From NCBI GenBank assembly GCA_039679455.1, contig JBDKUX010000093.1, forward strand, positions 3,879-67,878: a stretch of 64,000 nt of DNA. Reading direction: 5' to 3'. The position numbers were made by a program, and so were the translations under genes. Source of the DNA: Smithella sp. (GTDB lineage: Bacteria > Desulfobacterota > Syntrophia > Syntrophales > Smithellaceae). Shown here one piece after another: positions 29,146 to 39,859 of this stretch. The notes beneath the pieces were generated by a model. That model was not told where the DNA came from, made no database searches, and saw only the letters and a list, made by a program, of their open reading frames with translations. Position 1 is the stretch's first letter, and each line of letters opens with the position of its first letter.

Positions 29146-30711
29146 ATGTTGAATGGAAGTTTATTAATCCTGGTTATAGTAGGTGCAATTGCAGCGGGTA
29201 TCTTCGGCGGTTTCATCTTAAAGCAGATGTCTTCTGCTAAAAAAATCAAATCATCGGAGAGTTTGTCGGCAAGAATTATTGAAGAAGCAAAGAAAGAATC
29301 GGAGACAATCAAAAAGGAGGCGATTCTTCAGGCCAAGGAAAACCTTCTGAAAATGAAGGGCGATTTCGACCGTGAAACCAAGGATAGAAGAAATGAACTG
29401 GATGGATTAGAAAGAAAAATTCGGTCCAAAGAGGAGAACCTGGACAAGCGGATTGATCTGCTGGAGCAAAAAGAAGTAAACATTGAAAGTCGGGAAAAGG
29501 CTATATTGTCCAGAGAGGCGGCAATCGAGGAAAAACACCGCAAGCTGGATACGTTAATGGTAGAACAAAAAGAGAAGCTGGAAAATATTGCCGGAATGTC
29601 TTCCGAAGAAGCCAAAGCATTGTTAATCCAGTCTATCGAGTCTGATGCTAAACGCGATGCGGCGGTCACCGTCCGTAAAATTGAAGAAGAAGCCAAGCTG
29701 ACGGGAGATCGAAAAGCACGGGAAATTATTGCTTATTCTATTCAGCGGTACGCCGGCGACTATGTGGCCGAGCATACTGTTTCCGTCGTTAATCTGCCCA
29801 GTGAAGAAATGAAAGGACGCATAATAGGACGGGAAGGCAGAAATATCCGTGCTATTGAGGCGGCAACCGGCATCGATTTAATTGTCGATGACACTCCGGA
29901 AGCGGTTGTTCTTTCCAGCTTTGATCCGGTAAGGAGAGAAATAGCCAGAATATCGCTGGAAAGATTAATTCAGGACGGCCGGATTCACCCGGGGCGCATC
30001 GAAGAAATTGTCAAAAAAGTTCGTTTGGAAGTGGAACAGATCATCAGGGAAACCGGTGAAAAAGCATCTTTTGATGTCGGCGTCCATGATATTCATCCGG
30101 AAATAATCAATTTGCTGGGGAGTTTGAAATACCGTACAAGCTACTCTCAAAATGTGCTGCAGCATTCCATCGATGTCGCTTATCTTACAGGCTTAATGGC
30201 GTCCGAATTGAAGATGAATGTTAAGGAAGCCAAACGGGCCGGGTTGTTGCATGACATCGGTAAAGCGATTGACCATAAAATAGAAGGACCGCATGCCGTA
30301 ATCGGTGCGGACTTCGCCAAACGTTTTGGGGAACACCCGCGAATTATCCAGGCCATAGCCACCCATCATGATGACGGCCGGAACAATACATTGCTGGGAG
30401 TTCTGGTGCAGGCGGCGGATACACTGTCCGCGGCAAGGCCAGGCGCCCGCCGTGAAATGCTGGAAACATATGTCAAGCGCTTGGAAGAACTGGAAAAAAT
30501 CGCCCATTCCTTCAGCGGCGTTGATAAGTGTTATGCTATCCAGGCCGGTCGTGAAATCCGTATACTGGTGGAAAATGAAAAAATATCGGATAACGATACG
30601 GTAATGTTATGCAATGATATTATTAAGAAAATTGAAAGTGAACTGAGCTATCCGGGGCAGATTAAGGTTACTGTAATTCGAGAAACACGCGTTTCCAATT
30701 TCGCCAAGTAA
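29146..30711 (+). CDS. rny: ribonuclease Y
   Basis: N-terminal TM, coiled coil, KH ([14 protein letters not shown]), HD domain (LLHDIGK). Confidence 0.96.
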   Translation: MLNGSLLILVIVGAIAAGIFGGFILKQMSSAKKIKSSESLSARIIEEAKKESETIKKEAILQAKENLLKMKGDFDRETKDRRNELDGLERKIRSKEENLDKRIDLLEQKEVNIESREKAILSREAAIEEKHRKLDTLMVEQKEKLENIAGMSSEEAKALLIQSIESDAKRDAAVTVRKIEEEAKLTGDRKAREIIAYSIQRYAGDYVAEHTVSVVNLPSEEMKGRIIGREGRNIRAIEAATGIDLIVDDTPEAVVLSSFDPVRREIARISLERLIQDGRIHPGRIEEIVKKVRLEVEQIIRETGEKASFDVGVHDIHPEIINLLGSLKYRTSYSQNVLQHSIDVAYLTGLMASELKMNVKEAKRAGLLHDIGKAIDHKIEGPHAVIGADFAKRFGEHPRIIQAIATHHDDGRNNTLLGVLVQAADTLSAARPGARREMLETYVKRLEELEKIAHSFSGVDKCYAIQAGREIRILVENEKISDNDTVMLCNDIIKKIESELSYPGQIKVTVIRETRVSNFAK

Positions 30712-30736
30712 GCACGGATAGAAAATAAGCAAAAAC

Positions 30737-31543
30737 ATGAAAATTCTTTTTATCGGCGATATCGTGGGTAAACCCGGCAGGCGGGCAGTAAGAGAGCTTC
30801 TTCCTAAATTGGTTGGTGATCGTCAGATTGACCTGGTCATTGCCAACTGTGAAAATGCCGCCGCCGGATTCGGTGTAACCAGAGATATTGTAGAAGAGCT
30901 TTATGACAGCCAGATTGACATCCTTACTTCCGGAAACCATATCTGGGATAAGAAAGAAGTGATGGAGTTCATTAGAGATTACGAGACTCTGTTGCGTCCG
31001 GCCAATTATCCGCCGACAATCCCGGGATCAGGCGCTGTGATTATGCCTACGGCGTCCGGTGAATATGTCGGCGTCCTCAATCTGGCCGGTAGAGTTTTTA
31101 TGCAGCCGCTTGATTGTCCCTTCGCAACGGCGAAAAACGAGTTGGCCGTGCTGCAGAAAAAAACAAAAGTCATTATCGTGGATATTCATGCCGAAGCGAC
31201 TTCCGAAAAAAAGGCGCTGGGCTGGTATCTTGATGGCGAAGTGAGCGCCGTTCTGGGAACCCATACCCACGTGCAGACGGCGGACGAAGAAATTTTACCC
31301 AAGGGAACCGCCTATTTAAGTGACGTCGGGATGACGGGGCCTTTTGATTCCGTTATAGGTGTGAAGAAGGATATTGTAATTAAAAAGTTTTTGACAGGTG
31401 TGCCTAACAGGTTTGAGACGGCTAAAGGTGATGTTCGCCTGCAGGCGGTTTTATTAGATATCGATTCGACAACCGGGAAGGCAAATTCTATCGAGCGGAT
31501 TAGCGTCAAACTAAAAGAAAAAGTGGAGGCAGGCGAGGGATGA
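30737..31543 (+). CDS. ymdB: YmdB/TIGR00282 metallophosphoesterase
   Basis: GDIVGKPGR, NCENAAAGFG, TSGNHIWD, HAEATSEK, GTHTHVQTAD. Confidence 0.9.
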   Translation: MKILFIGDIVGKPGRRAVRELLPKLVGDRQIDLVIANCENAAAGFGVTRDIVEELYDSQIDILTSGNHIWDKKEVMEFIRDYETLLRPANYPPTIPGSGAVIMPTASGEYVGVLNLAGRVFMQPLDCPFATAKNELAVLQKKTKVIIVDIHAEATSEKKALGWYLDGEVSAVLGTHTHVQTADEEILPKGTAYLSDVGMTGPFDSVIGVKKDIVIKKFLTGVPNRFETAKGDVRLQAVLLDIDSTTGKANSIERISVKLKEKVEAGEG

Positions 31544-32826
31544 AAAGCGCTTATGATGTATTAAAGGAAAGAGGCTTTGTCGAGCAGGTGACCGATGAAG
31601 CTTTAATTCGGGAGCTTTTCGACGCCGGACCTGTTACCTGTTACATCGGCTTTGATCCTACGGCTACCAGTCTGCACATCGGCAGCTTGGTACCCATTAT
31701 GTCGCTGGCGCATATGCAGAGAAACGGCAACAAACCGATTTCTCTGGTAGGCGGCGGTACCGGTTTAATCGGCGATCCCAGCGGCAAAACGGAGATGCGC
31801 CAGATTCTTACCCGGGAGCAGATAGACTACAACGCTTCCTGCCTGGGAAAACAACTTTCCCAGTACCTTGATTTTTCTGATGAAAAAGCATTGCTGCTCA
31901 ATAATGCCGACTGGCTGACCAAGATCAATTACATTGAATTTTTACGCGACATTGGCCGGCATTTCAGCGTTAACCGGATGCTGGCGGCGGAAAGTTACAG
32001 AATAAGGATGGAAAAAGGTCTCAACTTCATCGAATTCAATTATATGCTCCTGCAGGCCTATGACTTTCTGTATTTATTCCAGAATCACAGCTGTGCGCTG
32101 CAAATGGGCGGCAATGATCAATGGGGCAATATGCTGGCGGGAACCGAACTAATCAGAAAAATGACGGGCAAAGATTCTCACGCCATCACATTCCCTTTGA
32201 TCACCACTTCACTAGGTCAGAAAATGGGAAAAACGGAAAAGGGCACAATCTGGCTCGATAAAACGCTGACTTCGCCTTATGAATATTATCAGTACTGGGT
32301 AAACAGCGACGATGCCGATCTGGAAAGATTCTTGAAATTATTTACCTTTCTGCCACTCGAAGAAATCAGCATTGTGAAAAATTTGACGGATGCCCGGCTG
32401 AACATGGCCAAAGCTGTTTTGGCTTTTGAAGCAACAAAGGTTACGCACGGAGCAGCCGGGGCGGAAGCGGCCTGGCGGGCTTCCATGGAAGCCTTCCATT
32501 CGCGTCCCGTAGAGGCGGATATGTTCCCCTCCAGCACTATTCCGCGCACTGCTCCGGCAACCGATACCTCCGCCATTCCCCGCTATGCAGTTTCCCGCCG
32601 GGATCTGGAAGCGGGTATATCCATTCTCTCCAGTTGTGCTAAATCAGGATTGACGCAGTCTTCATCCGAAGCCCGGCGTCTTATCGAGCAGGGCGGAATC
32701 TACATCAACGATCGTCAGGTTAAATCAATTGATGAAAAACTGACTGCCGCCGATTTTGCAAGCGACAATGAACTGCGGCTTAGAAAAGGCAAGAAGAAAT
32801 ACCTGATTGTCGAAATAATAAATTAA
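31540..32826 (+). CDS. tyrS: tyrosine-tRNA ligase
   Basis: GFDPTATSLHIGS, GGNDQWGN, KMGKT, C-terminal S4 domain. Confidence 0.96.
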   Translation: MKSAYDVLKERGFVEQVTDEALIRELFDAGPVTCYIGFDPTATSLHIGSLVPIMSLAHMQRNGNKPISLVGGGTGLIGDPSGKTEMRQILTREQIDYNASCLGKQLSQYLDFSDEKALLLNNADWLTKINYIEFLRDIGRHFSVNRMLAAESYRIRMEKGLNFIEFNYMLLQAYDFLYLFQNHSCALQMGGNDQWGNMLAGTELIRKMTGKDSHAITFPLITTSLGQKMGKTEKGTIWLDKTLTSPYEYYQYWVNSDDADLERFLKLFTFLPLEEISIVKNLTDARLNMAKAVLAFEATKVTHGAAGAEAAWRASMEAFHSRPVEADMFPSSTIPRTAPATDTSAIPRYAVSRRDLEAGISILSSCAKSGLTQSSSEARRLIEQGGIYINDRQVKSIDEKLTAADFASDNELRLRKGKKKYLIVEIIN

Positions 32827-32876
32827 ACCATGAGTCGCGATTATAAGTTGCAAAAGATATAGGAAATTGTTAGGGA

Positions 32877-33320
32877 ATGCGTAGAGGTGACTGTTTGCGT
32901 ATTCTTGGTTTGGATTACGGTGAAAAAAGAATTGGCGTTGCCGTTTGTGATGAGTTGGGGATTACTGCTCATGGTCTGCCGACGATCATCAGGAAGACGA
33001 AAAGACATGATTTGGAAGTTTTCGCCAATCTTATAAAAGATTATAATATCGAGAAAATTGTAATCGGTTATCCTGTGCGCATTGACGGTTCCGAGGGTAT
33101 TCAATGTGATAAGGTCAACCGGTTTGCCGCTCTACTGGATAAAACATTTTCCCTGCCCTTAATTAAATGGCCGGAGACGCTTTCTACAAAAGAAGCCGAA
33201 GAAATATTGATTAACTTCGGTGTTTCCTGGAGAAAGAGAAAGAAAGAAGTTGATAAATTAGCCGCCTGCATTATTCTTCAGAGCTACCTGGATTCATCCG
33301 GCAAGGAAACCATTAATTAA
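32877..33320 (+). CDS. ruvX: RuvX/YqgF nuclease
   Basis: ILGLDYGEKRIGVA, VDKLAACIILQSYL; start may be TTG 32895. Confidence 0.9.
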   Translation: MRRGDCLRILGLDYGEKRIGVAVCDELGITAHGLPTIIRKTKRHDLEVFANLIKDYNIEKIVIGYPVRIDGSEGIQCDKVNRFAALLDKTFSLPLIKWPETLSTKEAEEILINFGVSWRKRKKEVDKLAACIILQSYLDSSGKETIN

Positions 33321-33345
33321 TTAATCAGATAAAATTATTAATGAT

Positions 33346-34362
33346 ATGAAGATGAAATCACCTAAAAATGCATACCACCCGGTTTTATTGTTAGCTGCTG
33401 GTATTATTGCATATTTAGCGTTATTGATTAATTATTCCCTGACCCCCATCGACAAGAAAAATACTCCGGTGACTGTTGACATCCCTACCGGTTCCAGCTT
33501 CCTGAAAATCACTAAAATTCTGGAAGATGCAGGGATGGTCAAGAGCCGGATGTTATTTTATGGTCTGGTGAGCACCCGGCAGGCGTTGAAATCCATTCGC
33601 GCCGGAGAGTATGAATTTCACACTTCCATGACGCCTTGGGCTGTTGTCGATAAACTGCTCCGGGGTGAAATCAGATCATATCGTGCGACTATTCCCGAAG
33701 ACTTGTCTGTTAAAGAAATTGTTGCGCGGCTTAAGGAATATAAATTAATTGACGAGAAACATTTTTTTGAATTGGCGGAAGATAAAGAATTTCTGCGGTC
33801 CGTCGGCATTAATGCCTCTTCCGTTGAAGGTTACCTTTTCCCGGAAACATATTACTTTGACCGCTCAATGAGCACGCGCCAGATTATGCGCATTATGGTC
33901 AATCAATTTTGGAAAAAAGTTACCCCGGCGATGCTGGATAGGGCAGACAAACTTGGTCTTAGCGTTCACGAATATGTTACCCTGGCCTCAATCATCGGCA
34001 AGGAATCGGGCAATGATGCTGAGAAACCGCTGATTTCAGCAGTATTCCATAACAGACTGAAAAGAAGAATGCGTCTGCAAAGTGATCCGACTGCCGTCTA
34101 TGATCTGGAAAACTTCAACGGCGCCGTCAAGCGCAGTCATCTGAAGCGCAATTCGCCTTATAATACTTACATTATCAGCGGCTTGCCACCGGGGCCGATT
34201 GGCAATCCCGGGCTTGATTCCCTGAAAGCCGCTCTTTATCCGGCGGGAATTAATTATCTCTATTTTGTTTCTCAGGGCGATGGATCGCACTTCTTTTCTT
34301 CCTCTCTGAAAATGCACAATCAGGCCAGTACCCGTTACTGGGAAAACAAAAGTAAAAAATAG
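33346..34362 (+). CDS. mltG: endolytic transglycosylase MltG
   Basis: EGYLFPETY, ASIIGKE, LQSDPT, SPYNTY..GLPPGPI. Confidence 0.92.
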   Translation: MKMKSPKNAYHPVLLLAAGIIAYLALLINYSLTPIDKKNTPVTVDIPTGSSFLKITKILEDAGMVKSRMLFYGLVSTRQALKSIRAGEYEFHTSMTPWAVVDKLLRGEIRSYRATIPEDLSVKEIVARLKEYKLIDEKHFFELAEDKEFLRSVGINASSVEGYLFPETYYFDRSMSTRQIMRIMVNQFWKKVTPAMLDRADKLGLSVHEYVTLASIIGKESGNDAEKPLISAVFHNRLKRRMRLQSDPTAVYDLENFNGAVKRSHLKRNSPYNTYIISGLPPGPIGNPGLDSLKAALYPAGINYLYFVSQGDGSHFFSSSLKMHNQASTRYWENKSKK

Positions 34363-34555
34363 CGCCTCTATCTATTTCTATATTGCTGTAATTACAGTAT
34401 AAATTTCCCTGACTAATCGATTTGTTCTTCTTGGGTCTTTAAATCAAAGATGTTTTGCAGGCAATTTTATGCCGAAGATTTTACTCTCTCTGTATTTCAC
34501 TGAATTTCTTAGTAATTTTAAGTCAATAAACCCGGAAAAAGTTATAAATTTTTCC

Positions 34556-34625
34556 TTGACAAAGCTATTGACCACCTTTATAGTCGACCATGTGGAGTGA
34601 AGTGGATGATCGTGGAGGGCAGTGG
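34556..34625 (+). promoter_or_regulatory. dcw sigma70 promoter with MraZ boxes
   Basis: TTGACA(34556)-17-TATAGT(34579); GTGG repeated at 34592, 34602, 34612, 34622. Confidence 0.8.
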
Positions 34626-35071
34626 TGTCAAATTTTCGCGGCCAGTACCATCACAGCATTGATGAAAAAGGGAGAATAATCTTTCCAGCCAAATTCCGGG
34701 AGGTTTTTGCCGAGAAGTACGACAACCGGATGGTTATTACCAACTGGGACGGATATTTGATTGTATTCCCTTTTGCCGAATGGCGGCTTATTGAAGAACA
34801 AGTATCACAAAAGCATGTTTTAGACAAAAGATTTCGTGATTTCCAGCGATTCTTCATGTCCGGGGCTGTCGACTGCAATCTGGACGGGCAGGGACGTGTG
34901 CTCATCCCGCCGACTTTGCGTGAATATGCAAAGTTGGAAAAAGATATAGTTCTGGCCGGAATGCTGAAAAATATTGAAATTTGGCCTAAAGACCGTTTTG
35001 AAGAGAAAATGAAACTCTCCAGTGTCGAAATCGATAAAGATAATGAAATCGCCAATGAACTGGGAATTTAA
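34622..35071 (+). CDS. mraZ: transcriptional regulator MraZ
   Basis: IDEKGRIIFP, LDGQGRVLIP, IEIW. Confidence 0.95.
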   Translation: MVSNFRGQYHHSIDEKGRIIFPAKFREVFAEKYDNRMVITNWDGYLIVFPFAEWRLIEEQVSQKHVLDKRFRDFQRFFMSGAVDCNLDGQGRVLIPPTLREYAKLEKDIVLAGMLKNIEIWPKDRFEEKMKLSSVEIDKDNEIANELGI

Positions 35072-35074
35072 TGG

Positions 35075-36010
35075 ATGTGTGCCGACTTTTATCATAAGCC
35101 GGTAATGCTGGAAGAAATTCTGAAGTGGTTGTGTGTTAAGAAAAATGGAATTTATGTGGACGGCACTGTAGGAGGCGCCGGCCATGCCTATGCAATACTC
35201 AAAGCGACCGATGGTTTTTTAGTCGGTATTGACTGTGACAACGATGCCCTGCTGGCGGCGGAGAAGCGGTTGGCAGAATTCGGTGCTCGTAAGGTTCTGG
35301 TAAAAGCTAATTTTGCCGAGCTTGGCTCGGTGCTGAATAATTTGCAGATAAAAAAGGTTGACGGCGTTCTCCTGGACCTGGGCGTTTCATCACATCAACT
35401 GGATCAAGCCGAAAGAGGATTTAGTTTTAATCAACCGGCGCCGCTCGACATGAGGATGGATCGCAGTTTAAAGCTTAGTGCTTACGATATTGTCAACAGC
35501 TTTGCCCGGGAAGACTTAGAGAAAATTATTCGTGATTTTGGGGAAGAAAAGATGGCCGGTAGGATTGCAAGGGCAATATCGCAGAAAAGACGGTTGTTTC
35601 CGCTTTCGACGACTGTGGAGTTGGCCGGTGTCATCGCTTCTGCCATTCCGGCTAAATTGCGCCGGCAAAAAATTCATCCCGCCACCAGAACGTTTCAGGC
35701 AATTCGAATTGCCGTAAATAGTGAACTCGACAGTATTAAGCCGGCAATTGATTCCGCTGTAAGTGTATTAAACCATGGCGGTCGTCTTTGTATCATTTCA
35801 TTTCATTCACTGGAAGACAGGATTGTTAAAAATGAATTTCGAGCCCTCACGGGGGTCTGCATCTGTCCAAAGGATATACCGATTTGTGTTTGCCGTCGAG
35901 AAGCACAACTTAAAGTTCTGACGAAAAAGGCCGTGACCCCTACGGCAGCCGAAATAGAAGAAAATCCACGCTCCCGCAGTGCTAAACTGCGTGTGGCCGA
36001 GAGGGTTTAA
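35075..36010 (+). CDS. rsmH: 16S rRNA m4C1402 methyltransferase
   Basis: HKPVML, DLGVSSHQLD, HPATRTFQAIRI, ISFHSLEDR, NPRSRSAKLR. Confidence 0.96.
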   Translation: MCADFYHKPVMLEEILKWLCVKKNGIYVDGTVGGAGHAYAILKATDGFLVGIDCDNDALLAAEKRLAEFGARKVLVKANFAELGSVLNNLQIKKVDGVLLDLGVSSHQLDQAERGFSFNQPAPLDMRMDRSLKLSAYDIVNSFAREDLEKIIRDFGEEKMAGRIARAISQKRRLFPLSTTVELAGVIASAIPAKLRRQKIHPATRTFQAIRIAVNSELDSIKPAIDSAVSVLNHGGRLCIISFHSLEDRIVKNEFRALTGVCICPKDIPICVCRREAQLKVLTKKAVTPTAAEIEENPRSRSAKLRVAERV

Positions 36011-36349
36011 ATGGAACAGGCAGCTAATCTTGAAGCTATACCGCATGTTCAGGAGAAGATGAGGATATCTTCCGGGATTAAATATCCAACTTTTATCGTA
36101 ATGGCCATAGTTTTGATGTTTGTCGCCCTGATCTATGTTGGTTCGCACATTCATTTGAGGGAGTTGGAATATGAATATGCCGCGCAGTTGAATGCTCAAC
36201 AACAAATGCTGGAAGAGCAAAAAAAACTGAAGCTGGAGTATGCGATGCTCAAGTCACCGCAACGAATAGAGGGCATAGCAAGAGACAGATTACAAATGTC
36301 CTATCCTGAACAAGATCAAATAATTGTTTTGAAAAATTCGGGAGAATGA
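36011..36349 (+). CDS. ftsL: cell division protein FtsL
   Basis: TM plus coiled coil, SPQRIEGIA; position between rsmH and ftsI. Confidence 0.85.
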   Translation: MEQAANLEAIPHVQEKMRISSGIKYPTFIVMAIVLMFVALIYVGSHIHLRELEYEYAAQLNAQQQMLEEQKKLKLEYAMLKSPQRIEGIARDRLQMSYPEQDQIIVLKNSGE

Positions 36350-36350
36350 T

Positions 36351-38327
36351 ATGACGGGCGAAACGAAAAACTGGCTCAAATTCCGGATAGTAAGTATCCT
36401 GTTGTTTTTCCTGGTATTATTTATTGCATTACTTTCCCGCGCCTTTCAATTGCAGATATTGTCCGGACAAAAACTTAAATCTCTGGCCCAAAGACAGCAA
36501 ACTACCACGTTGCAGGTTCAGCCGGAAAGAGGAGTGATCTACGACCGCAACGGTGAAAAACTGGCGGCATCGGTCATGGCGGATTCCGTGTGTGCCGATC
36601 CGTCGAAAATTGCCGATCCCGTACGGACAGCCCGACAAATATCGAATATTCTTCATATGGATAAAAATGCAGTCTTAGCAAAAATATCGGAGCCGAAAAA
36701 CTTTTGCTGGCTGGCCAGAAGAATCTCTCCGGCGCAGGCGGCCGCAGTGGATAATGTGAATATTGAGGGGATTTTTTTAGTTAAAGAGCCCAAGCGTTTC
36801 TATCCGAACGGCGAATTGGCGGCGCATATGCTTGGTTTTGTCGGCCTCGATTCCACCGGCTTGGAGGGGCTGGAAAAAAAGTATAACGAAATTCTCAAGG
36901 GCAAGCCGGAAAAGTTGGCCTGGGCGCGTGACGCCAAAGGGAAAAAATTGTTTTTGCGGGTTGAAAAGAGTGAAATAAGAAAGGATGAAAACCTTAATCT
37001 CGTTTTGACAATTGACAGCCGTATTCAATACCTGGCGGAAACTCATTTGAAAGAAGCTGTACTGAGCAAAGGAGCAAAAGGCGGGCTGGCTATAGTCATG
37101 GATCCTAAAACAGGCGAGATTCTGGCGTTGGCCAATGAGGGAAGATTCAATCCGAATAACATTGATGGATTGGTTCCCGAAAAATGGCGCAACCGTGCCA
37201 TTACCGATTGTTTTGATCCGGGCTCCACCTTTAAGCCATTCCTGGTGGCTGCCGCATTGGAAGCAAAAGCCGTTAAAGCAACAGACCGATTTTTTTGTGA
37301 AAACGGATCTTATCGCATAGCTAACCGGACAATTCACGAAGCTAATCATGGACATCACGGGGTGCTGGCAGTTCCGGAAATATTAAAATACTCCAGCAAT
37401 ATCGGTTCGGTAAAGATTTCCCAGCGGCTGGGAAAGGAAAAGTTCCATGACTACATTGAGCGATTCGGTTTTGGAGCCAAAACGGGAATAGATCTGCCGG
37501 GCGAATCGACGGGATTACTGAGGCCTGTGCAAAAATGGACGAATGTTGATGCGGCGACAATTGCATTTGGTCAGGGAATCTCGGTCACTGCGATTCAGCT
37601 GATCTCCGCCATGTCGGCCATTGCCAATAACGGAGTTTTAATGAAACCTTACATTGTGCGGGGAGTCACCGATAAAAATGATCGTCTGATCAGGGCATAT
37701 ACACCGACGGCTGTACGGACGGTTGTTTCCCCCGGCGTTGCCAAACGGGTAACCGCCATGCTGACGGATGTTGTCGGCGCCACCGACGGTACGGGTAAAA
37801 ATGCACGCATAGTCAATGTCGCCGTAGCCGGTAAAACGGGAACCGCCCAGAAATTTGATTTTTCCCGGGGTGTTTATTCTTCAGAAAGAGTCCGGACATC
37901 CTTTATTGGATTTTTCCCGGCTGATAATCCCCAGGTAACCATTTTAGTAATTCTGGATGAACCGCAGCGGGATAAGTGGGGTGGTGTGGCTTCGGCTCCG
38001 GTCTTTAAGAACATCGGAGAGCAGATTCTGAATTGCTTTAAAACTAATATCCGGGAAACCCCGGTCTTTGACCAGGAAAAAACAAATAAGGTACAACTGG
38101 TTTCCGCTCAGCGGACTTTGGCCCCGACTAACATTGCTCCGGATGACGAATCATTAATGCCCGATTTTTCCAATATGACAATCAGAGAAGTAATGAAGAA
38201 AGCCCGGGAACGATCAATAGAAGTGAAAATATCCGGCAACGGCTGGGCGAAAAGCCAGTATCCGCTGGCCGGCACACAACTGGGTGAAGAGCGTATCTGC
38301 AGCGTTACATTCGCATTGAACAACTGA
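36351..38327 (+). CDS. ftsI: PBP3 transpeptidase with PASTA domain
   Basis: RGVIYDRNG, PGSTFK, SSN, KTGT. Confidence 0.93.
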   Translation: MTGETKNWLKFRIVSILLFFLVLFIALLSRAFQLQILSGQKLKSLAQRQQTTTLQVQPERGVIYDRNGEKLAASVMADSVCADPSKIADPVRTARQISNILHMDKNAVLAKISEPKNFCWLARRISPAQAAAVDNVNIEGIFLVKEPKRFYPNGELAAHMLGFVGLDSTGLEGLEKKYNEILKGKPEKLAWARDAKGKKLFLRVEKSEIRKDENLNLVLTIDSRIQYLAETHLKEAVLSKGAKGGLAIVMDPKTGEILALANEGRFNPNNIDGLVPEKWRNRAITDCFDPGSTFKPFLVAAALEAKAVKATDRFFCENGSYRIANRTIHEANHGHHGVLAVPEILKYSSNIGSVKISQRLGKEKFHDYIERFGFGAKTGIDLPGESTGLLRPVQKWTNVDAATIAFGQGISVTAIQLISAMSAIANNGVLMKPYIVRGVTDKNDRLIRAYTPTAVRTVVSPGVAKRVTAMLTDVVGATDGTGKNARIVNVAVAGKTGTAQKFDFSRGVYSSERVRTSFIGFFPADNPQVTILVILDEPQRDKWGGVASAPVFKNIGEQILNCFKTNIRETPVFDQEKTNKVQLVSAQRTLAPTNIAPDDESLMPDFSNMTIREVMKKARERSIEVKISGNGWAKSQYPLAGTQLGEERICSVTFALNN

Positions 38328-38328
38328 G

Positions 38329-39858
38329 GTGGCCATGAAACTGGAGCAACTGCTCACAGGGATAGATGATATTGTCAATTTTTCCGGAAATTCAAGGGGG
38401 GAAGTATCCTCTGTCTGTTATTCGGCATCTGAATGCGGGGAAGGTTCTGTCTTTGTGGCCATTCCCGGCTTGAAGCATGACGGCCATGATTTTATCGGAA
38501 ATGCAATTGCGCGCGGTGCAAAGTACATCGTCCATGAAAAAGATCTGCAGTTTCCTCCGTCTGTAACGTCAATTAAGGTGACCGGCAGCAGGCGGGCTTT
38601 GGGAATTCTGGCTAAAAACTATTTTGGCAATCCTTCGGCTGCTCTCGTGATGATTGCCGTTATCGGGACAAACGGCAAGACAACAATCACATACCTTCTC
38701 GAATCAATTTTGAAGGCGGCCGGTTTTAAGTGCGGTGTTTTAGGAACGGTCAATTACCGCTTCAATGATCAAGTATATCCTGCGCCAAATACTACTCCTG
38801 AATCTTATGAGATGCAGAAAATTCTTCGCCAAATGGTCGATGACGGCGTAACGCATGTAGTTGCTGAAGTATCGTCTCATGCCATTGATTTAAAAAGGGT
38901 CGACGACTGCGACTTCGATCTGGGCATTTTTACCAATCTGACCCGCGATCATCTTGATTACCACCAGACAATGGAAAATTATTTTCAGGCTAAAAAAAGA
39001 TTCTTTTCCGAAGTGTTGCCGCAAAGCAGGAAGGTTCACAGCCGGAAAATGGTAATTAATAATGATGATCCGTGGGGGCAAAGAATTTTAACGGAAGCGC
39101 CTCTGGCGGCATTAACATACGGTATCGAAGGCGACTGCAGCATTAAAGCAGCTGATTATGAACTTTCTCTTTCCGGGATTTCGGCCGGAATAAATGCTTC
39201 GGGAAAATTATTTTCCGTTAGTTCTCCGCTGATTGGCAAATTCAATCTTTACAATATTCTGGCGGCTGTTTCCACTGCGTCCATTCTGAATATTCCGCAG
39301 CCCGTAATAGAGTCGGGTATTAAAAATATGTCCTGTGTGCCCGGGAGGTTGGAAAGCGTTCCGTCCCAATCAGGCCTGCATGTTTTTGTTGATTACGCGC
39401 ACACGGACGATGCTTTAAGGCGGGTGCTGCAAAATTTAACCGCGCTGAAGGAAAAACGGATCATTACCGTGTTCGGCTGCGGCGGTAATCGTGACCGGGG
39501 CAAACGGCCTCTGATGGGTGAAGCTGCGGTAAGTTACAGTGACCTGACGATTGTGACCTCGGACAATCCCCGCCTGGAAGATCCCCTGGAGATCATCAGA
39601 GAGATAGAAACGGGAATTGATCAGCAGAAAATTAAAAAGATAGATATTGGTAATCCTGATACAACAAGTGATGTTCAATCTTATACTGTAATTCCCGAGC
39701 GGGAAAAAGCGATCGAAGCGGCAATCGGCATAGCTTCGGTAGGGGACATTGTTTTAATTGCGGGAAAGGGGCATGAGGATTATCAGATCATCGGGACAAC
39801 AAAAATACCTTTTGATGATCGTAAAATAGCTGCCCATGCTTTGCAAATGAAGGGTTAA
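38329..39858 (+). CDS. murE: MurE ligase
   Basis: GTNGKTT, EVSSH, DYAHT, DNPR (mDAP-type), GKGHE. Confidence 0.95.
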   Translation: MAMKLEQLLTGIDDIVNFSGNSRGEVSSVCYSASECGEGSVFVAIPGLKHDGHDFIGNAIARGAKYIVHEKDLQFPPSVTSIKVTGSRRALGILAKNYFGNPSAALVMIAVIGTNGKTTITYLLESILKAAGFKCGVLGTVNYRFNDQVYPAPNTTPESYEMQKILRQMVDDGVTHVVAEVSSHAIDLKRVDDCDFDLGIFTNLTRDHLDYHQTMENYFQAKKRFFSEVLPQSRKVHSRKMVINNDDPWGQRILTEAPLAALTYGIEGDCSIKAADYELSLSGISAGINASGKLFSVSSPLIGKFNLYNILAAVSTASILNIPQPVIESGIKNMSCVPGRLESVPSQSGLHVFVDYAHTDDALRRVLQNLTALKEKRIITVFGCGGNRDRGKRPLMGEAAVSYSDLTIVTSDNPRLEDPLEIIREIETGIDQQKIKKIDIGNPDTTSDVQSYTVIPEREKAIEAAIGIASVGDIVLIAGKGHEDYQIIGTTKIPFDDRKIAAHALQMKG

Positions 39859-39859
39859 A

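Noticed and set aside
33166-33190. RuvX motif reads WPETLST rather than WDERLST
   Set aside because: The Glu and both Asp motifs are retained; probably lineage variation
36777-37358. Long antisense ORFs in the dcw and FAS regions (also 40538-41134, 46406-46951, 60661-61248)
   Set aside because: Shadow frames of well-supported genes with no protein-like motifs
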